Assembly (NCBI GenBank): GCA_965203315.1
Contig: OZ241857.1
Span: forward strand, 1,856,001-1,920,000
Source of the DNA: Nitrosopumilus sp.
GTDB lineage: Archaea; Thermoproteota; Nitrososphaeria; Nitrososphaerales; Nitrosopumilaceae
Length of the DNA stretch: 64,000 nucleotides
Direction of reading: 5' to 3'
Positions 43,820 to 53,886 of this stretch are shown here, piece after piece. A program made the translations under genes and the position numbers. The notes beneath the pieces were generated by a model. The model did not search any database and was not told the DNA's origin. It saw only the letters and a list, made by a program, of their open reading frames with translations. Positions within the stretch are counted from its first letter, which is position 1, and every line of letters begins with the position of its first letter.

Positions 43820-45022
43820 GTGTACAACTTGAGTGAGTTTGAAGAGTTTGCAGAAGCATTATTTGGTCAACTCTCAGTTGAGCTTGATGAAGAACGAGAT
43901 ATAGTGGAGATGGCCATAAAAGCAGATGAAGAATTAGCAGGAAAGGTCAAGTTTCGAGATCTGCGAGATATCACATCGAATATAGTGGATCAATTCAAGA
44001 CAGAGATTGATGGTATCTTTGGAGTTCAGACACCACAAGATCTGCGTGTCGAGTATCTAGAACTAGATGCACTAAAACGACTAAAATGCAGCAAGGTCTT
44101 TGCAGATCCTGCCGCTAGCGAGTTTGTGGCTAGATTGTTTGCTGCAGTAATATCTCAAGATTCTAGAGCAATTGCAACTCTTATGCAAGAAGATACTGCA
44201 AAATATCTAGTATACTCGACATATGCAATCCAGTACATATCGAAACTCACAACTACTTATGGTGACTATCTAGACTCTGTGATATACCTAAACGAGTTTA
44301 TTCTATCGCGTTACCCACAGATAATTCTCTACAAGCAAGGTGAACCATACAGTACAAGATTTGACGACGTTAACTCAGGATATGTTGGTGCCGTAAAGAT
44401 GACAGTACTAGAAGAGTTGATTCATTCAACACAGGGAAACTTGCATTTACTGAACAAGAATGCCGCAATGCAAGTGAACAAGATCAATGAAGAGTTGGCA
44501 GAGATAATTCTAACACTAGACTCGTCAACGATCGACATGTTGACAGAGTACTGTCAACTACAAGCTGTCCCTGACGACTTTCCTTTTGCCAAGAGAGCAA
44601 ACTTGTTCTTCTTTTTGAACCCAGATCACTTTCTTATCGAACAGATCGGACCTGATGTTTTGACGTTTACTCATGTGGAGATAGATCCCAAGATAGGCAC
44701 TGCTATTCCACAACTGCTTGATATATACAAGAGGTGGCTTGGACCAATCCAACAACACCACGCAGCGTTTACATCTATGGAAGGTATGGCGGCATTTGCA
44801 GTAGAACGAATACTGTACAACGATTCAGACTTTACACGTTATCTTGGAACATTTATGGGAACTGACTTTACATCATATCAAGTACGAAAGAACATTGGAA
44901 AAGACTTTACTGCTCTAGTGTATTCCGAGTTTGGATCAGAGTCTTTCTCAAAGATTATTAAAATGCCTCCTAGCACCCTTGAACTCAAAGAGCCACAACT
45001 GTATATTCAAAGACTGAGGTAA
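43820..45022 (+). CDS. Hypothetical protein with zincin-like (DUF2342-like) pattern
   Basis: LEELIHSTQ and TSMEGMA resemble HExxH...EG zincin motifs. Confidence 0.55.
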   Translation: MYNLSEFEEFAEALFGQLSVELDEERDIVEMAIKADEELAGKVKFRDLRDITSNIVDQFKTEIDGIFGVQTPQDLRVEYLELDALKRLKCSKVFADPAASEFVARLFAAVISQDSRAIATLMQEDTAKYLVYSTYAIQYISKLTTTYGDYLDSVIYLNEFILSRYPQIILYKQGEPYSTRFDDVNSGYVGAVKMTVLEELIHSTQGNLHLLNKNAAMQVNKINEELAEIILTLDSSTIDMLTEYCQLQAVPDDFPFAKRANLFFFLNPDHFLIEQIGPDVLTFTHVEIDPKIGTAIPQLLDIYKRWLGPIQQHHAAFTSMEGMAAFAVERILYNDSDFTRYLGTFMGTDFTSYQVRKNIGKDFTALVYSEFGSESFSKIIKMPPSTLELKEPQLYIQRLR

Positions 45023-45033
45023 CAGTTGGTACC

Positions 45034-45864
45034 ATGTTTGATCCATTTGTATCTGAATGGACTACATTTGTAAAGAGCCCTAGTTTTACTTTGATCGAAA
45101 AATTATTAAAGACAGCACAGACTCTTGAATATCCTGATCTAGACATAAACAAGTATGTCTTGGAAGTATCTAGAATTGGCGCATCGTTCAAAGAGTCAAC
45201 AATTACTATACGCGATACATCTCAAAAAATCTCTCTATTGAATAAACATCTATTTACAAATCTGGGATTCACAAACCAACAAAATATACGCAATATTGAC
45301 GGTAACATGTTGAATCGAGTACTCGACATAAAGATCGGGACACCCATAACATTGGCAATAATATACACAAATACAGCAAAGTACACAAAATTAGATCTAG
45401 ACATAGTACAATATGGCTCAAATATCTTGATTCAACATGACGAGATATTATTTGATGTTTTACAATCTTGTCCTAGTCTGCTTATGGATGATATCGCAAA
45501 TGATGTCACGAGTGACACAACAGATGTCGTAAAATACTATACGCGAGATGATATTGGATACGAGTCTATCGTTGGTATCTACGATACAAATAAGATACTG
45601 ATTCATCTATTACATAATCTAAAGAGATCATATGCTGAATTCTACTCTTATGATAAATCTATGTTGTGTGTTAATATGATCCTTGGTATCGCACCATATC
45701 TCGCAGAAGATATCCGAGACAAAGGCATACTTGAAGATCGATTATTGAATTTTGCATCTGCATTATCGTATTTAGAGAAATATCTAGAGATCGAACCGGA
45801 CGCAGATGACGCAGACTTTGTTTTAGATCTGATTCAAGATATACGACAAAAGATCAATCGATGA
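45034..45864 (+). CDS. SirB1/transglutaminase-like protein with C-terminal TPR
   Basis: LNRVL..KIGTPITLAIIY, NLKRSY and IRDKG...YLE..PDADDA. Confidence 0.85.
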   Translation: MFDPFVSEWTTFVKSPSFTLIEKLLKTAQTLEYPDLDINKYVLEVSRIGASFKESTITIRDTSQKISLLNKHLFTNLGFTNQQNIRNIDGNMLNRVLDIKIGTPITLAIIYTNTAKYTKLDLDIVQYGSNILIQHDEILFDVLQSCPSLLMDDIANDVTSDTTDVVKYYTRDDIGYESIVGIYDTNKILIHLLHNLKRSYAEFYSYDKSMLCVNMILGIAPYLAEDIRDKGILEDRLLNFASALSYLEKYLEIEPDADDADFVLDLIQDIRQKINR

Positions 45865-46024
45865 TAGAAGAGATATCGTCGCCTTTCTTGATCATGGATA
45901 TCTCATAACGGGCAAGCTTGTTTCGCAACGCGCGCTTTAATATCTCATGCTCTGTCTTCAACAGTGCTATCTCGTCCTCGAGTTTCGCTACTCGCTCATA
46001 GATGGTCTCTGCCTCTGAACCCAT
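45854..46024 (-). CDS. Small coiled-coil protein (56 aa)
   Basis: Manual translation MGSEAETIYERVAKLEDEIALLKTEHEILKRALRNKLARYEISMIKKGDDISSIID; below the track length cutoff. Confidence 0.7.
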   Translation of the reverse strand: MGSEAETIYERVAKLEDEIALLKTEHEILKRALRNKLARYEISMIKKGDDISSIID

Positions 46025-46279
46025 GACTTGTACAGTAAACCTGTATTAAAAAAAGCTATTGATCAATTTTATCTACGTGCCTAGTAAATCTTGATTGTCA
46101 TATTTGACGACAATGTTGACTCTGGTTCAAAAAGTACATTGGTATTGTGTGGTTTGTACTAGGTGCTTAACTCTGTCACTAGTAAGAGATATGATAAAGA
46201 TACGTCTAGCGTGACTATCTATATCCTGCGTACGTATTATGTATAAACATTTATATCTTACTGTAATTTACGATATTTT

Positions 46280-47425
46280 ATGGTGGAAGAACTAAGATTA
46301 GATAGTTTGGCTGGCGTAGGTCCAGTAACTACCAAAAAGCTATCAGACGCTGGCATTCATAACATCATGGATCTAATAGTTCGCGGTCCTGTAGAGATCG
46401 CAGAGATCACAGGGATGGAGAAAGAAGCTAGTGAAAAGATCGTCAACAAGGCTAGACAGCATCTCGTTGATGGTGGTATGCTTGCAAATCACTTTACAAG
46501 CGCAAAAGAGATCTATGAGCATCGTCAAAGTATAGGCAAGATTACGACTGGAACACAATGTCTAGATTCTCTCTTTGATGGAGGAGTTGAGACACAAGCA
46601 ATCACTGAAGTATATGGCGAATTTGGTTGTGGCAAGACACAATTTGCTCATACCATGTCTGTGATGGTTCAACGACCAAAGAACGATGGTGGTCTAGAAG
46701 GTGGTGTACTGTATATTGACACAGAGAATACCTTTAGACCTGAGAGGATAGTTGCAATAGCAAAAGCACACAACATGGATCCAGAAAAGACTCTAGATAA
46801 CATCATTGTTGCACGTGCATACAATAGCGCGCATCAAATACTGATCCTTGAAGAGGCGAGCACAGTGATCAAAGAGAACAACATCAAATTAATCGTTGCA
46901 GACTCTGCTGTGGGACTATTCCGTTCTGAGTATCTTGGACGTGGCACATTGTCTAACAGACAACAAAGACTGAATCACTTTGTTCACATGTTGTCTAGAA
47001 TTGCAGAGACATACAATTGTGCTGCAATTGCAACAAACCAAGTCATGGCATCACCTGATGTCTTTTTTGGCGATCCAACACGTCCGATTGGAGGAAATGT
47101 TGTTGCACACACTAGTACATATCGAATCTACTTCAAGAAATCTGGTAAGAAGCGTATTGCTAGAATGGTTGATAGTCCACATCATCCAGAGGAAGAGGTA
47201 ATCTTTAGTCTGGGTGAAGCAGGAGTAATGGACCTAGAAGACGCAGAACAGGCAAAGAAAGCACGAGAGAAGGCAAAAAAGACCAAGACCAAAGCTAAAG
47301 CAGACAAAGATCTAAAAGCAGACGCCGATTCCGACTCGGATGAATCGCACACTGATGATATTGACACCGATACTGGTGTTGAGAATGTGACATCCGACAT
47401 GGATGAAGATAACACTAACGAGTAA
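46280..47425 (+). CDS. radA: DNA repair and recombination protein RadA
   Basis: GEFGCGKTQ, YIDTENTFRPER, TNQV and GGNVVAH. Confidence 0.97.
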   Translation: MVEELRLDSLAGVGPVTTKKLSDAGIHNIMDLIVRGPVEIAEITGMEKEASEKIVNKARQHLVDGGMLANHFTSAKEIYEHRQSIGKITTGTQCLDSLFDGGVETQAITEVYGEFGCGKTQFAHTMSVMVQRPKNDGGLEGGVLYIDTENTFRPERIVAIAKAHNMDPEKTLDNIIVARAYNSAHQILILEEASTVIKENNIKLIVADSAVGLFRSEYLGRGTLSNRQQRLNHFVHMLSRIAETYNCAAIATNQVMASPDVFFGDPTRPIGGNVVAHTSTYRIYFKKSGKKRIARMVDSPHHPEEEVIFSLGEAGVMDLEDAEQAKKAREKAKKTKTKAKADKDLKADADSDSDESHTDDIDTDTGVENVTSDMDEDNTNE

Positions 47426-47427
47426 TC

Positions 47428-47449
47428 TTTTTCCTTTTTTTATTTTTTT
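47428..47449 (+). terminator. Oligo-T terminator after radA
   Basis: T-rich run immediately after the stop codon. Confidence 0.55.
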
Positions 47450-47621
47450 ATTATGCATCAATGTCATGATGTGTTGCTGATCTTTTGTGGGTGTCAAAAC
47501 AATGAATAACAATGAATCTGATGTTTGTCCTTTTCTACATATATCTGTCTTTACATTTTTGCACGTGTGTACGGACTTTACATTAAGTATTAAAATAGGC
47601 TATAGATAGACTTGAGATCAG

Positions 47622-47921
47622 TTGGCAACGAAAAAGTCACATGGACGTTCACATGGCTTCAAGCACAAGTCTAGATCTGTAATGAAGAAAAAGTCCCCTA
47701 GGGGAGTCTCTTTTCTACTCCAACACTACGAAGAGGGTCAACAAGCCTTGGTGATAATCGATCCAAGACAACACAAGGGACTGCCCCACAGGCGTTATCA
47801 TGGTAAAGTAGGCGTAATAACTGCGATCGGCAGACGTGCTGTGACCTTGAATGTGAAATTAGGTAATAAAACGAAGACCTTAATTACTAGGCTAGATCAT
47901 ATAAAACCGTTTGGTGTGTAG
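47622..47921 (+). CDS. rpl21e: 50S ribosomal protein L21e
   Basis: HKGLPHRRYHGKVG and DHIKP. Confidence 0.95.
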   Translation: MATKKSHGRSHGFKHKSRSVMKKKSPRGVSFLLQHYEEGQQALVIIDPRQHKGLPHRRYHGKVGVITAIGRRAVTLNVKLGNKTKTLITRLDHIKPFGV

Positions 47922-47923
47922 GT

Positions 47924-48322
47924 ATGGAAGAACAAGAACAAATTGCTATTTCGCTTGCAGAGGTTAAAGAGATTCTAGGTGATGTAGATCTAGAGAATAT
48001 GGATCAGATCCAGCGATGGACATATGACTATGTATCCAAGTTTGCAACAACAGAACCAGCAAATGCCAAAGAGATGAAGAAGCAGCTCCTAAAAGAGTGT
48101 AATAACTTGACAGAGAAAGAAGTGTCTGATATAATGAAACATGGAACTGGCTCAAAATACTTGAGCAAGTGTTCTACTTTGACTATCGAGGAAGCAGTAG
48201 AAATTGTAAATATTCGACCAACCAGTCTTGCAGAACTTCGTTCGTTTACATTTGGCTGGAAGAAGCTAATTCTAGCAGAGACACTAGAAAAGATGCTCAA
48301 GATAATCAAGGAGTATACATAG
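47924..48322 (+). CDS. rpo4: RNA polymerase subunit Rpo4 (F) with ~24-aa internal duplication
   Basis: ISLAEVKEIL, YDYVSKF and AVEIVNIRPTSLAELRS; conserved L21e-Rpo4-DUF655-KsgA gene order. Confidence 0.9.
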   Translation: MEEQEQIAISLAEVKEILGDVDLENMDQIQRWTYDYVSKFATTEPANAKEMKKQLLKECNNLTEKEVSDIMKHGTGSKYLSKCSTLTIEEAVEIVNIRPTSLAELRSFTFGWKKLILAETLEKMLKIIKEYT

Positions 48323-48345
48323 CTCTTTGGAGTGAATATTGTCTG

Positions 48346-48891
48346 ATGTATAAAACACGGAAATTTGATAAAGCATACATACTTGACTTTAGACCTAGAA
48401 CCAGATCTGTAAACAATAAACGAAAGGAAGGAACAATCATTACTGCACTTGAGGGAAACAACTTTAGATTATTAGAGATACTTGGAAGAGAAGACTCAAA
48501 GTTTGATATTGGTAATCTGATTAGTTTAGAAAAAAATAAACAAATAGTCATGGTTTTAGGCGAACTAGAGTATACTCAGATATCTGCAACAGCTATATCC
48601 AATATTCCCAACGTGGTCACAAATATTGTAGAGACATACGAGACGAGATTTATAGAATACATAAACACATCTAGATCACTCACTCCTAGAATTCACTCAC
48701 TCGAATTAATTCCCGGTATTGGTAAAGCATACATGAAGATGATGCTTGAAGAACGAGAGATAAAAAAATTTGAGAGCTATAAAGATATACAGGAACGTGT
48801 AGGGCTTTACGATCCTGTTAAGCATATCACTGAAAGAATTGTGGATGAACTTGCAGGTAAGGGCAATGTTAAACTCTTTGTTCGCCGATGA
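48346..48891 (+). CDS. DUF655 family RNA-binding protein
   Basis: AYILDF, FRLLE and RIHSLELIPGIG; synteny. Confidence 0.88.
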   Translation: MYKTRKFDKAYILDFRPRTRSVNNKRKEGTIITALEGNNFRLLEILGREDSKFDIGNLISLEKNKQIVMVLGELEYTQISATAISNIPNVVTNIVETYETRFIEYINTSRSLTPRIHSLELIPGIGKAYMKMMLEEREIKKFESYKDIQERVGLYDPVKHITERIVDELAGKGNVKLFVRR

Positions 48892-49583
48892 TTAAAAAGA
48901 AGCGGTTGGGCCAACACTTTCTCAACTCAGATACAATTGCTCGAGACATAGCAACAAATGCCAAGATATCAAAACATGATGCTGTCTTTGAGGTAGGGAC
49001 CGGCTATGGAATTTTAACGGCTCTCTTATGTGATATGGCAAGAGAGGTCATATCTGTGGATATCGATAAAAGATTGATCGATGACGCTAGAATCAAATTC
49101 GCTCATATCGAGAATCTTACACTAGAGTGCGGTGATGGTTTTACAGGTACGCGGAACTTTACAGTATTTGTCTCAAATTTACCATATTCTCAGAGTCGAG
49201 CCGCAATAGAGTGGTTGTCTCAACAAGACTTTGTACGTGGGACAATAATGATCCAAGATGAGTTTGCCAAGAAACTAGCTGTTCCGACTAGTCGTGCAGT
49301 AAGTGTCATTGCCAACTATTGCTTTGAGATGAGTACATGCATGCATGTGTCTAGTAACAACTTTTTACCACCTCCCAAAGTTGACTCTGTTGTTATATGT
49401 ATACGACAGAAACGTAGGCTAGGAATATCTATGATCAAAGCCATAAACCACATCTTTGCATATCGTCGCAAGACAGTAAAGAACATAATGCGTCAATTTG
49501 GTATCTCTAGTGATATGCAGTGTCGTATAGATAATCTAAGTGTGGAGGAGATCATAGATATTGCACGACAGATCGTCAAGTGA
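48888..49583 (+). CDS. ksgA: 16S rRNA adenine dimethyltransferase KsgA/Dim1
   Basis: LGQHFL, EVGTGYG, SNLPY and PPPKVDS. Confidence 0.93.
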   Translation: MIKKKRLGQHFLNSDTIARDIATNAKISKHDAVFEVGTGYGILTALLCDMAREVISVDIDKRLIDDARIKFAHIENLTLECGDGFTGTRNFTVFVSNLPYSQSRAAIEWLSQQDFVRGTIMIQDEFAKKLAVPTSRAVSVIANYCFEMSTCMHVSSNNFLPPPKVDSVVICIRQKRRLGISMIKAINHIFAYRRKTVKNIMRQFGISSDMQCRIDNLSVEEIIDIARQIVK

Positions 49584-50103
49584 ATATACTCCGGCAGAAG
49601 ACACATTCTTTATCGCTGACAATATCTGTTCGGAACAAGGGGATATGGCTCTAGATGTTGGAAGCGGATCTGGATACTTGACTAACATACTTGCCAAAAA
49701 CTTTGAGTATGTAGTCGGAACAGATATTGTATTTGATGTTCTCCGTGATCAAACATACAAGACTACCAACCTCATATGCTGCAACGCTGCAGATGCATTA
49801 CATGCAATGTTTGATTTAGTGATATGCAATATGCCCTATCTTGCTACAGATACAATACAAGACGTTGCAACAGATGGTGGCTACAGAGGATTAGACGTAC
49901 CTACAAAGATACTCGATTCTGTATACCCTCAAGTTCGACTAGGTGGCAAATTTATGTTTGTGACATCATCTCTATCATCTTATCAATGTTTGATCAGATA
50001 TGCAAAACAATTAGGATTCGATGCAAAGGCAGTTGCAACAAAAAAACTATTCTTTGAGGAGTTGATTTTGATATCTGCTGTCAAGTCAACGTCTGAGGTT
50101 TAA
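49561..50103 (+). CDS. HemK2/Mtq2-like methyltransferase
   Basis: YTPAEDTF, LDVGSGSG, CNMPYL, DGG and KLFFEEL. Confidence 0.85.
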   Translation: MHDRSSSEYTPAEDTFFIADNICSEQGDMALDVGSGSGYLTNILAKNFEYVVGTDIVFDVLRDQTYKTTNLICCNAADALHAMFDLVICNMPYLATDTIQDVATDGGYRGLDVPTKILDSVYPQVRLGGKFMFVTSSLSSYQCLIRYAKQLGFDAKAVATKKLFFEELILISAVKSTSEV

Positions 50104-51117
50104 TCTGGTATAATCGATTATCGCATCTGTCATCTGTGATGTAGATGCACTGCCACCAATATCCCATGTAACTGTCTTGCCTTCGTTGATGACCTTTTCT
50201 GTTGCCGAAAATATTGCATGACTGATCTCTCGTTCACCTAGATACTCTATCATCCATGCACCTGAAAGTATAGTTGCGGTGGGATTTACTTTATTCTGCC
50301 CTGCAAACTGTGGTGCACTGCCATGCGCAGCTTCAAACATTGCATAACTGTCTCCCATATTTGCTGAATATATTAGACCTATTGATCCTACCAAACCAGA
50401 CGCAAGTTCTGATATGATGTCCATAAAGAGGTTTGTACTAGCAAGTACTGCACCATTAAACTGTTCAGGAGCTACAACTAGCTGTTGTGCCATATTGTCG
50501 ATATATATCTCAGAGAGTTTGATGTCTGTACCTTGTACTGCTTCTTGAGCAGAACTCCAAAATATTCCGTCAGTCTCTTTGAGGATATTCCGTTTTGTTA
50601 TTGCCACCAACTTTTTCATATTGTGCTCTTGGGCCCATCTTACAGCTGATCTCATAAATCTGTCACAGTTGGGTTTGGATATCTTTCTGATTGCAATAGC
50701 GGCATCGCCTGTAACTCGTGTCTCGATTCCAGTGTACAGGCCTTCGGTTGCTTCACGAAAACATACACAATCAAGATTTGTATTTGGGGATAATCTGGGA
50801 TATGTCTTTGTCGGACGGATATTTGCATATAGTTCAAATTTTTGTCGCAATGTTACTGCAACACTTTTGGGTGCATGTGGTATCGGAATTGTTGTAGTTG
50901 GACCCTTGAAACAGGCATCTGCCTCTTCTAATATCTTGATTGTATCGTTTGGGATATATGTTGCATCTCGTCTACCGTTCTGTTCCCATTGCTCAGAGCC
51001 TGCAACACATGGAATGATCTCAACTTGACTATTACATTCCCTGATGACTCGTAACATAGAATCAACAACTTCGGGACCGATTCCGTCTCCTCTCATTACA
51101 GCTGCTTTTTTACCCAA
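50086..51117 (-). CDS. Isocitrate/isopropylmalate dehydrogenase family protein
   Basis: GDGIGPEV, YANIRP, REATEG and FEAAHGSAP. Confidence 0.92.
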   Translation of the reverse strand: MGKKAAVMRGDGIGPEVVDSMLRVIRECNSQVEIIPCVAGSEQWEQNGRRDATYIPNDTIKILEEADACFKGPTTTIPIPHAPKSVAVTLRQKFELYANIRPTKTYPRLSPNTNLDCVCFREATEGLYTGIETRVTGDAAIAIRKISKPNCDRFMRSAVRWAQEHNMKKLVAITKRNILKETDGIFWSSAQEAVQGTDIKLSEIYIDNMAQQLVVAPEQFNGAVLASTNLFMDIISELASGLVGSIGLIYSANMGDSYAMFEAAHGSAPQFAGQNKVNPTATILSGAWMIEYLGEREISHAIFSATEKVINEGKTVTWDIGGSASTSQMTDAIIDYTRLNLRR

Positions 51118-51265
51118 AACTGTTTATCTAGTATAATCTAATTATTTAATTCTAACCAATATTCGATGATTTGTCGTGTCTTGGAAATAAGTGTACAGTC
51201 TTACGTTTTGCTATGTAATTGAATCTATCTACAAATATCTACATCACAGCATACTTTGATACCCT

Positions 51266-51326
51266 CTTACATCTTCTTACATCTTCTTGTATACGCTTGT
51301 ATACTCTTGTATACACTTGTATACAC
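51266..51326 (+). repeat. Short decamer tandem repeats
   Basis: cttacatctt x2 followed by atacNcttgt x3. Confidence 0.5.
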
Positions 51327-51366
51327 ATATGTGATGATTTAATATTGACAACATGTAATCAAATTT

Positions 51367-52107
51367 ATGAAGATTGTTCAGATCTCAGATCTACACGTTG
51401 GTTCACAATTCATACAATCCAAATTTGACATACTAGTTGAAGAAGTAAATGCTCTACAACCTGACGTGATTATAGTTACTGGTGATCTAACAAATCAAGG
51501 ACTACAAAAAGAATATGAACGATGCAAGCAACTATTGTCTAGCTTTAACACTGAGAGAATAGTCACAATCAGTGGAAATCATGACTATCGCAATACCGGT
51601 TATCTGTTATTCAAGAGATATTTTCCATTTGATACCATAAACGAGTTAAATGATAATGTTGTACTGGTTACTGTGGGAACTGCTAGACCTGATAGGGATG
51701 AGGGAGAGGTTGGTTATAGACAAAATCTCTGGCTTGAACGAACCATGAAAAAATACAAAGATCATGTAAAGATAGTTGCAATGCATCACCATCTTATCGC
51801 AATACCTGATACCGGCGCTGATCAACTAACTGTAATCGACGCAGGTGATGTACTACGAACTATTCTGGCAACAGATGTCAATGTAGTATTGTGCGGACAC
51901 AAACATAGACCGTGGTTATGGAGGTTAGGTGATCTTAATGTTGTAAATGCTGGAACAGCCACATCTGAACGAGTTAGGGGTTTTTTTGAGAACACATACA
52001 ATATACTCACCGTCACAGATTCTAATGTTCATATAGATCTCAAGATAGTTGGCGGGGATACACAGCCACTCGAAGATATCGTCACAAATTCCAATTCCGA
52101 CATCTAA
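51367..52107 (+). CDS. Calcineurin-like metallophosphoesterase
   Basis: SDLH, TGDL, GNHD and GHKH. Confidence 0.93.
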   Translation: MKIVQISDLHVGSQFIQSKFDILVEEVNALQPDVIIVTGDLTNQGLQKEYERCKQLLSSFNTERIVTISGNHDYRNTGYLLFKRYFPFDTINELNDNVVLVTVGTARPDRDEGEVGYRQNLWLERTMKKYKDHVKIVAMHHHLIAIPDTGADQLTVIDAGDVLRTILATDVNVVLCGHKHRPWLWRLGDLNVVNAGTATSERVRGFFENTYNILTVTDSNVHIDLKIVGGDTQPLEDIVTNSNSDI

Positions 52108-52540
52108 ATGTGTTGTTATTGATAGCGTATAGATTATTTGCATAAAAATATGATCAGATAGAAACAAGTACACATTTGTCGATCAAGACTGTTACTGATC
52201 AATAGATTTCTAACCGAGTTAGGAGCGACAGAATTGTTAAACGTACTAGCGCATCATGGGTAAGCATGAGCTCATTTCTATTCGTGTCTGTTCTATCAGA
52301 TCGAGTTGGCGAACTGACTCTAGATGTTCATCTTTGTTTTGGTCACTGATTGTCTAGATTTTATCTGAATTAGAGTTAGATTTCTCTGAACGAAAATCTT
52401 TGATCAACCTTTTTTCCTGGAAACGCCAGTAATGTCTACACACTGCTATTCTGGCATATCATCTATTATGAAATCATCTATTGTGAAATTAAGAGCTGAA
52501 ACGTCTGCTTTATTTACAGACTGATTGTAGGGCTACATGT

Positions 52541-52627
52541 GCGGAGATCGCCTAGCCTGGTAGGGCGTGGGATTGCTAATCCCATGTCCGCAAGGACACG
52601 GGGGTTCAAATCCCCCTCTCCGCGCCA
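52541..52627 (+). tRNA. tRNA-Ser (GCT), CCA encoded
   Basis: Acceptor GCGGAGA/TCTCCGC, anticodon arm TGGGA-TTGCTAA-TCCCA, long variable arm and TTCAAAT T-loop. Confidence 0.95.
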
Positions 52628-53641
52628 TGAATCTTGTACACCTACAAACCAGTCTTAGATCTAGAATGTCAGAACTAGATTTTACTGACTTGTAGATCAG
52701 TAGCAGCTGTGTCGTCACAGCCGAAATTATTTTCCTATTCTCTTTTGCGTATGTGTGGTTACGGACATAGTTTACATCTCGGATATAGATAAACTAGATT
52801 ACACTAACAAATACTAGGAAAACAATTATGCTCACAACTATGGAAAACATTACTCAAAATTTCAACTTAAATTTTCTTATTCTCAGTCAAGAAACGAGTC
52901 AAACTAATCTTGCACGAGCATGGCTTGTAACTATGATTTACTATACACAATAAACTCCAATCAAAAATTAGTCATTTTGGAAAAATTTCCCACGAGATGC
53001 CCCTAACTCTGGGTGTCCACAGACCGATATAAGCCACTATGAGAGAACTGTCTCAAAGATAAAAACAGGTGTGGATAAAACAAGTAATTTATGGAATGGT
53101 GATTGCGGCTTTTATTGATACAATATTTTACAGATTTGGCAAACTAGAAGATCAGATTACAGACTTGGCCATAATTATAATGCGCGATATCAGATTGAAT
53201 CAAGCCATCTGACATGATGTTATTTTTAAGAGAGAAGAGTAATTCATGCCGTGGTAATATTACAAGATACAAACACGATAAGGAGATATTTGCTACTAGA
53301 GATAAAAACGAATCAAGTTTTTGTGGTTGGATGTGATTGTAATCTCTGTGTGGTATTGCCCTTGGTTTATGATTTGAAAAATGAACACACAACGTCTATC
53401 GATCATTTGTGCGAAAAAGATGATGAAATCTAGTCTCACACAATACAAAATCTGATTGTACGTCATCGGTGTGAATCTATACTGGTAGTGTCTTAGTGAG
53501 TCATCAAAGGCTTGCGTCTCATCTCTCATCATGACCTACTTGCGACATAATACTGATCACTTGGACATCTTTCTAATGCCTCAATAACTTGGCAGACCTG
53601 TGCTATGAAACCTTAATAATCTACCAAAACCATTTTTACTC

Positions 53642-53803
53642 ATGGGACGAAGAAAGACTCAGAAAGTGATTCGTAGCAGACAAAAGAATGCAACGACTGG
53701 CATGTGTCCTCTATGTATGACTATTGGTAAGGTATTTCTGATTGGACCACCTGGTAAAGAACGCTGCAAATGTGAAAAATGTCGTCAAGAATTTGAACTA
53801 TAA
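53642..53803 (+). CDS. Small zinc-ribbon protein (53 aa), Elf1-like
   Basis: Manual translation MGRRKTQKVIRSRQKNATTGMCPLC...CKCEKCRQEFEL. Confidence 0.65.
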   Translation: MGRRKTQKVIRSRQKNATTGMCPLCMTIGKVFLIGPPGKERCKCEKCRQEFEL

Positions 53804-53886
53804 CATGATCACATGCGTGCGTATTGCCTCTATTTTCTCTGTAGGGTGATAGGCTGATCAATTAACTTAATATACCGATTTATGCT

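Noticed and set aside
33361-46110. Similarity of 33361-33403 to the reverse complement of 46066-46110 (ACGTAGATAAAAT core)
   Set aside because: Too short and AT-rich to support without statistics.
47240-47425. Lys-rich then acidic RadA C-terminal tail
   Set aside because: I recall low-complexity tails as usual in Nitrosopumilaceae RadA, so it is not distinctive.
37431-53054. AGACGGTTCTC / GAGAACTGTCT and CCTAACTCT shared between 37431-37480 and 53000-53054
   Set aside because: Fragmentary; no coherent element or TSD.
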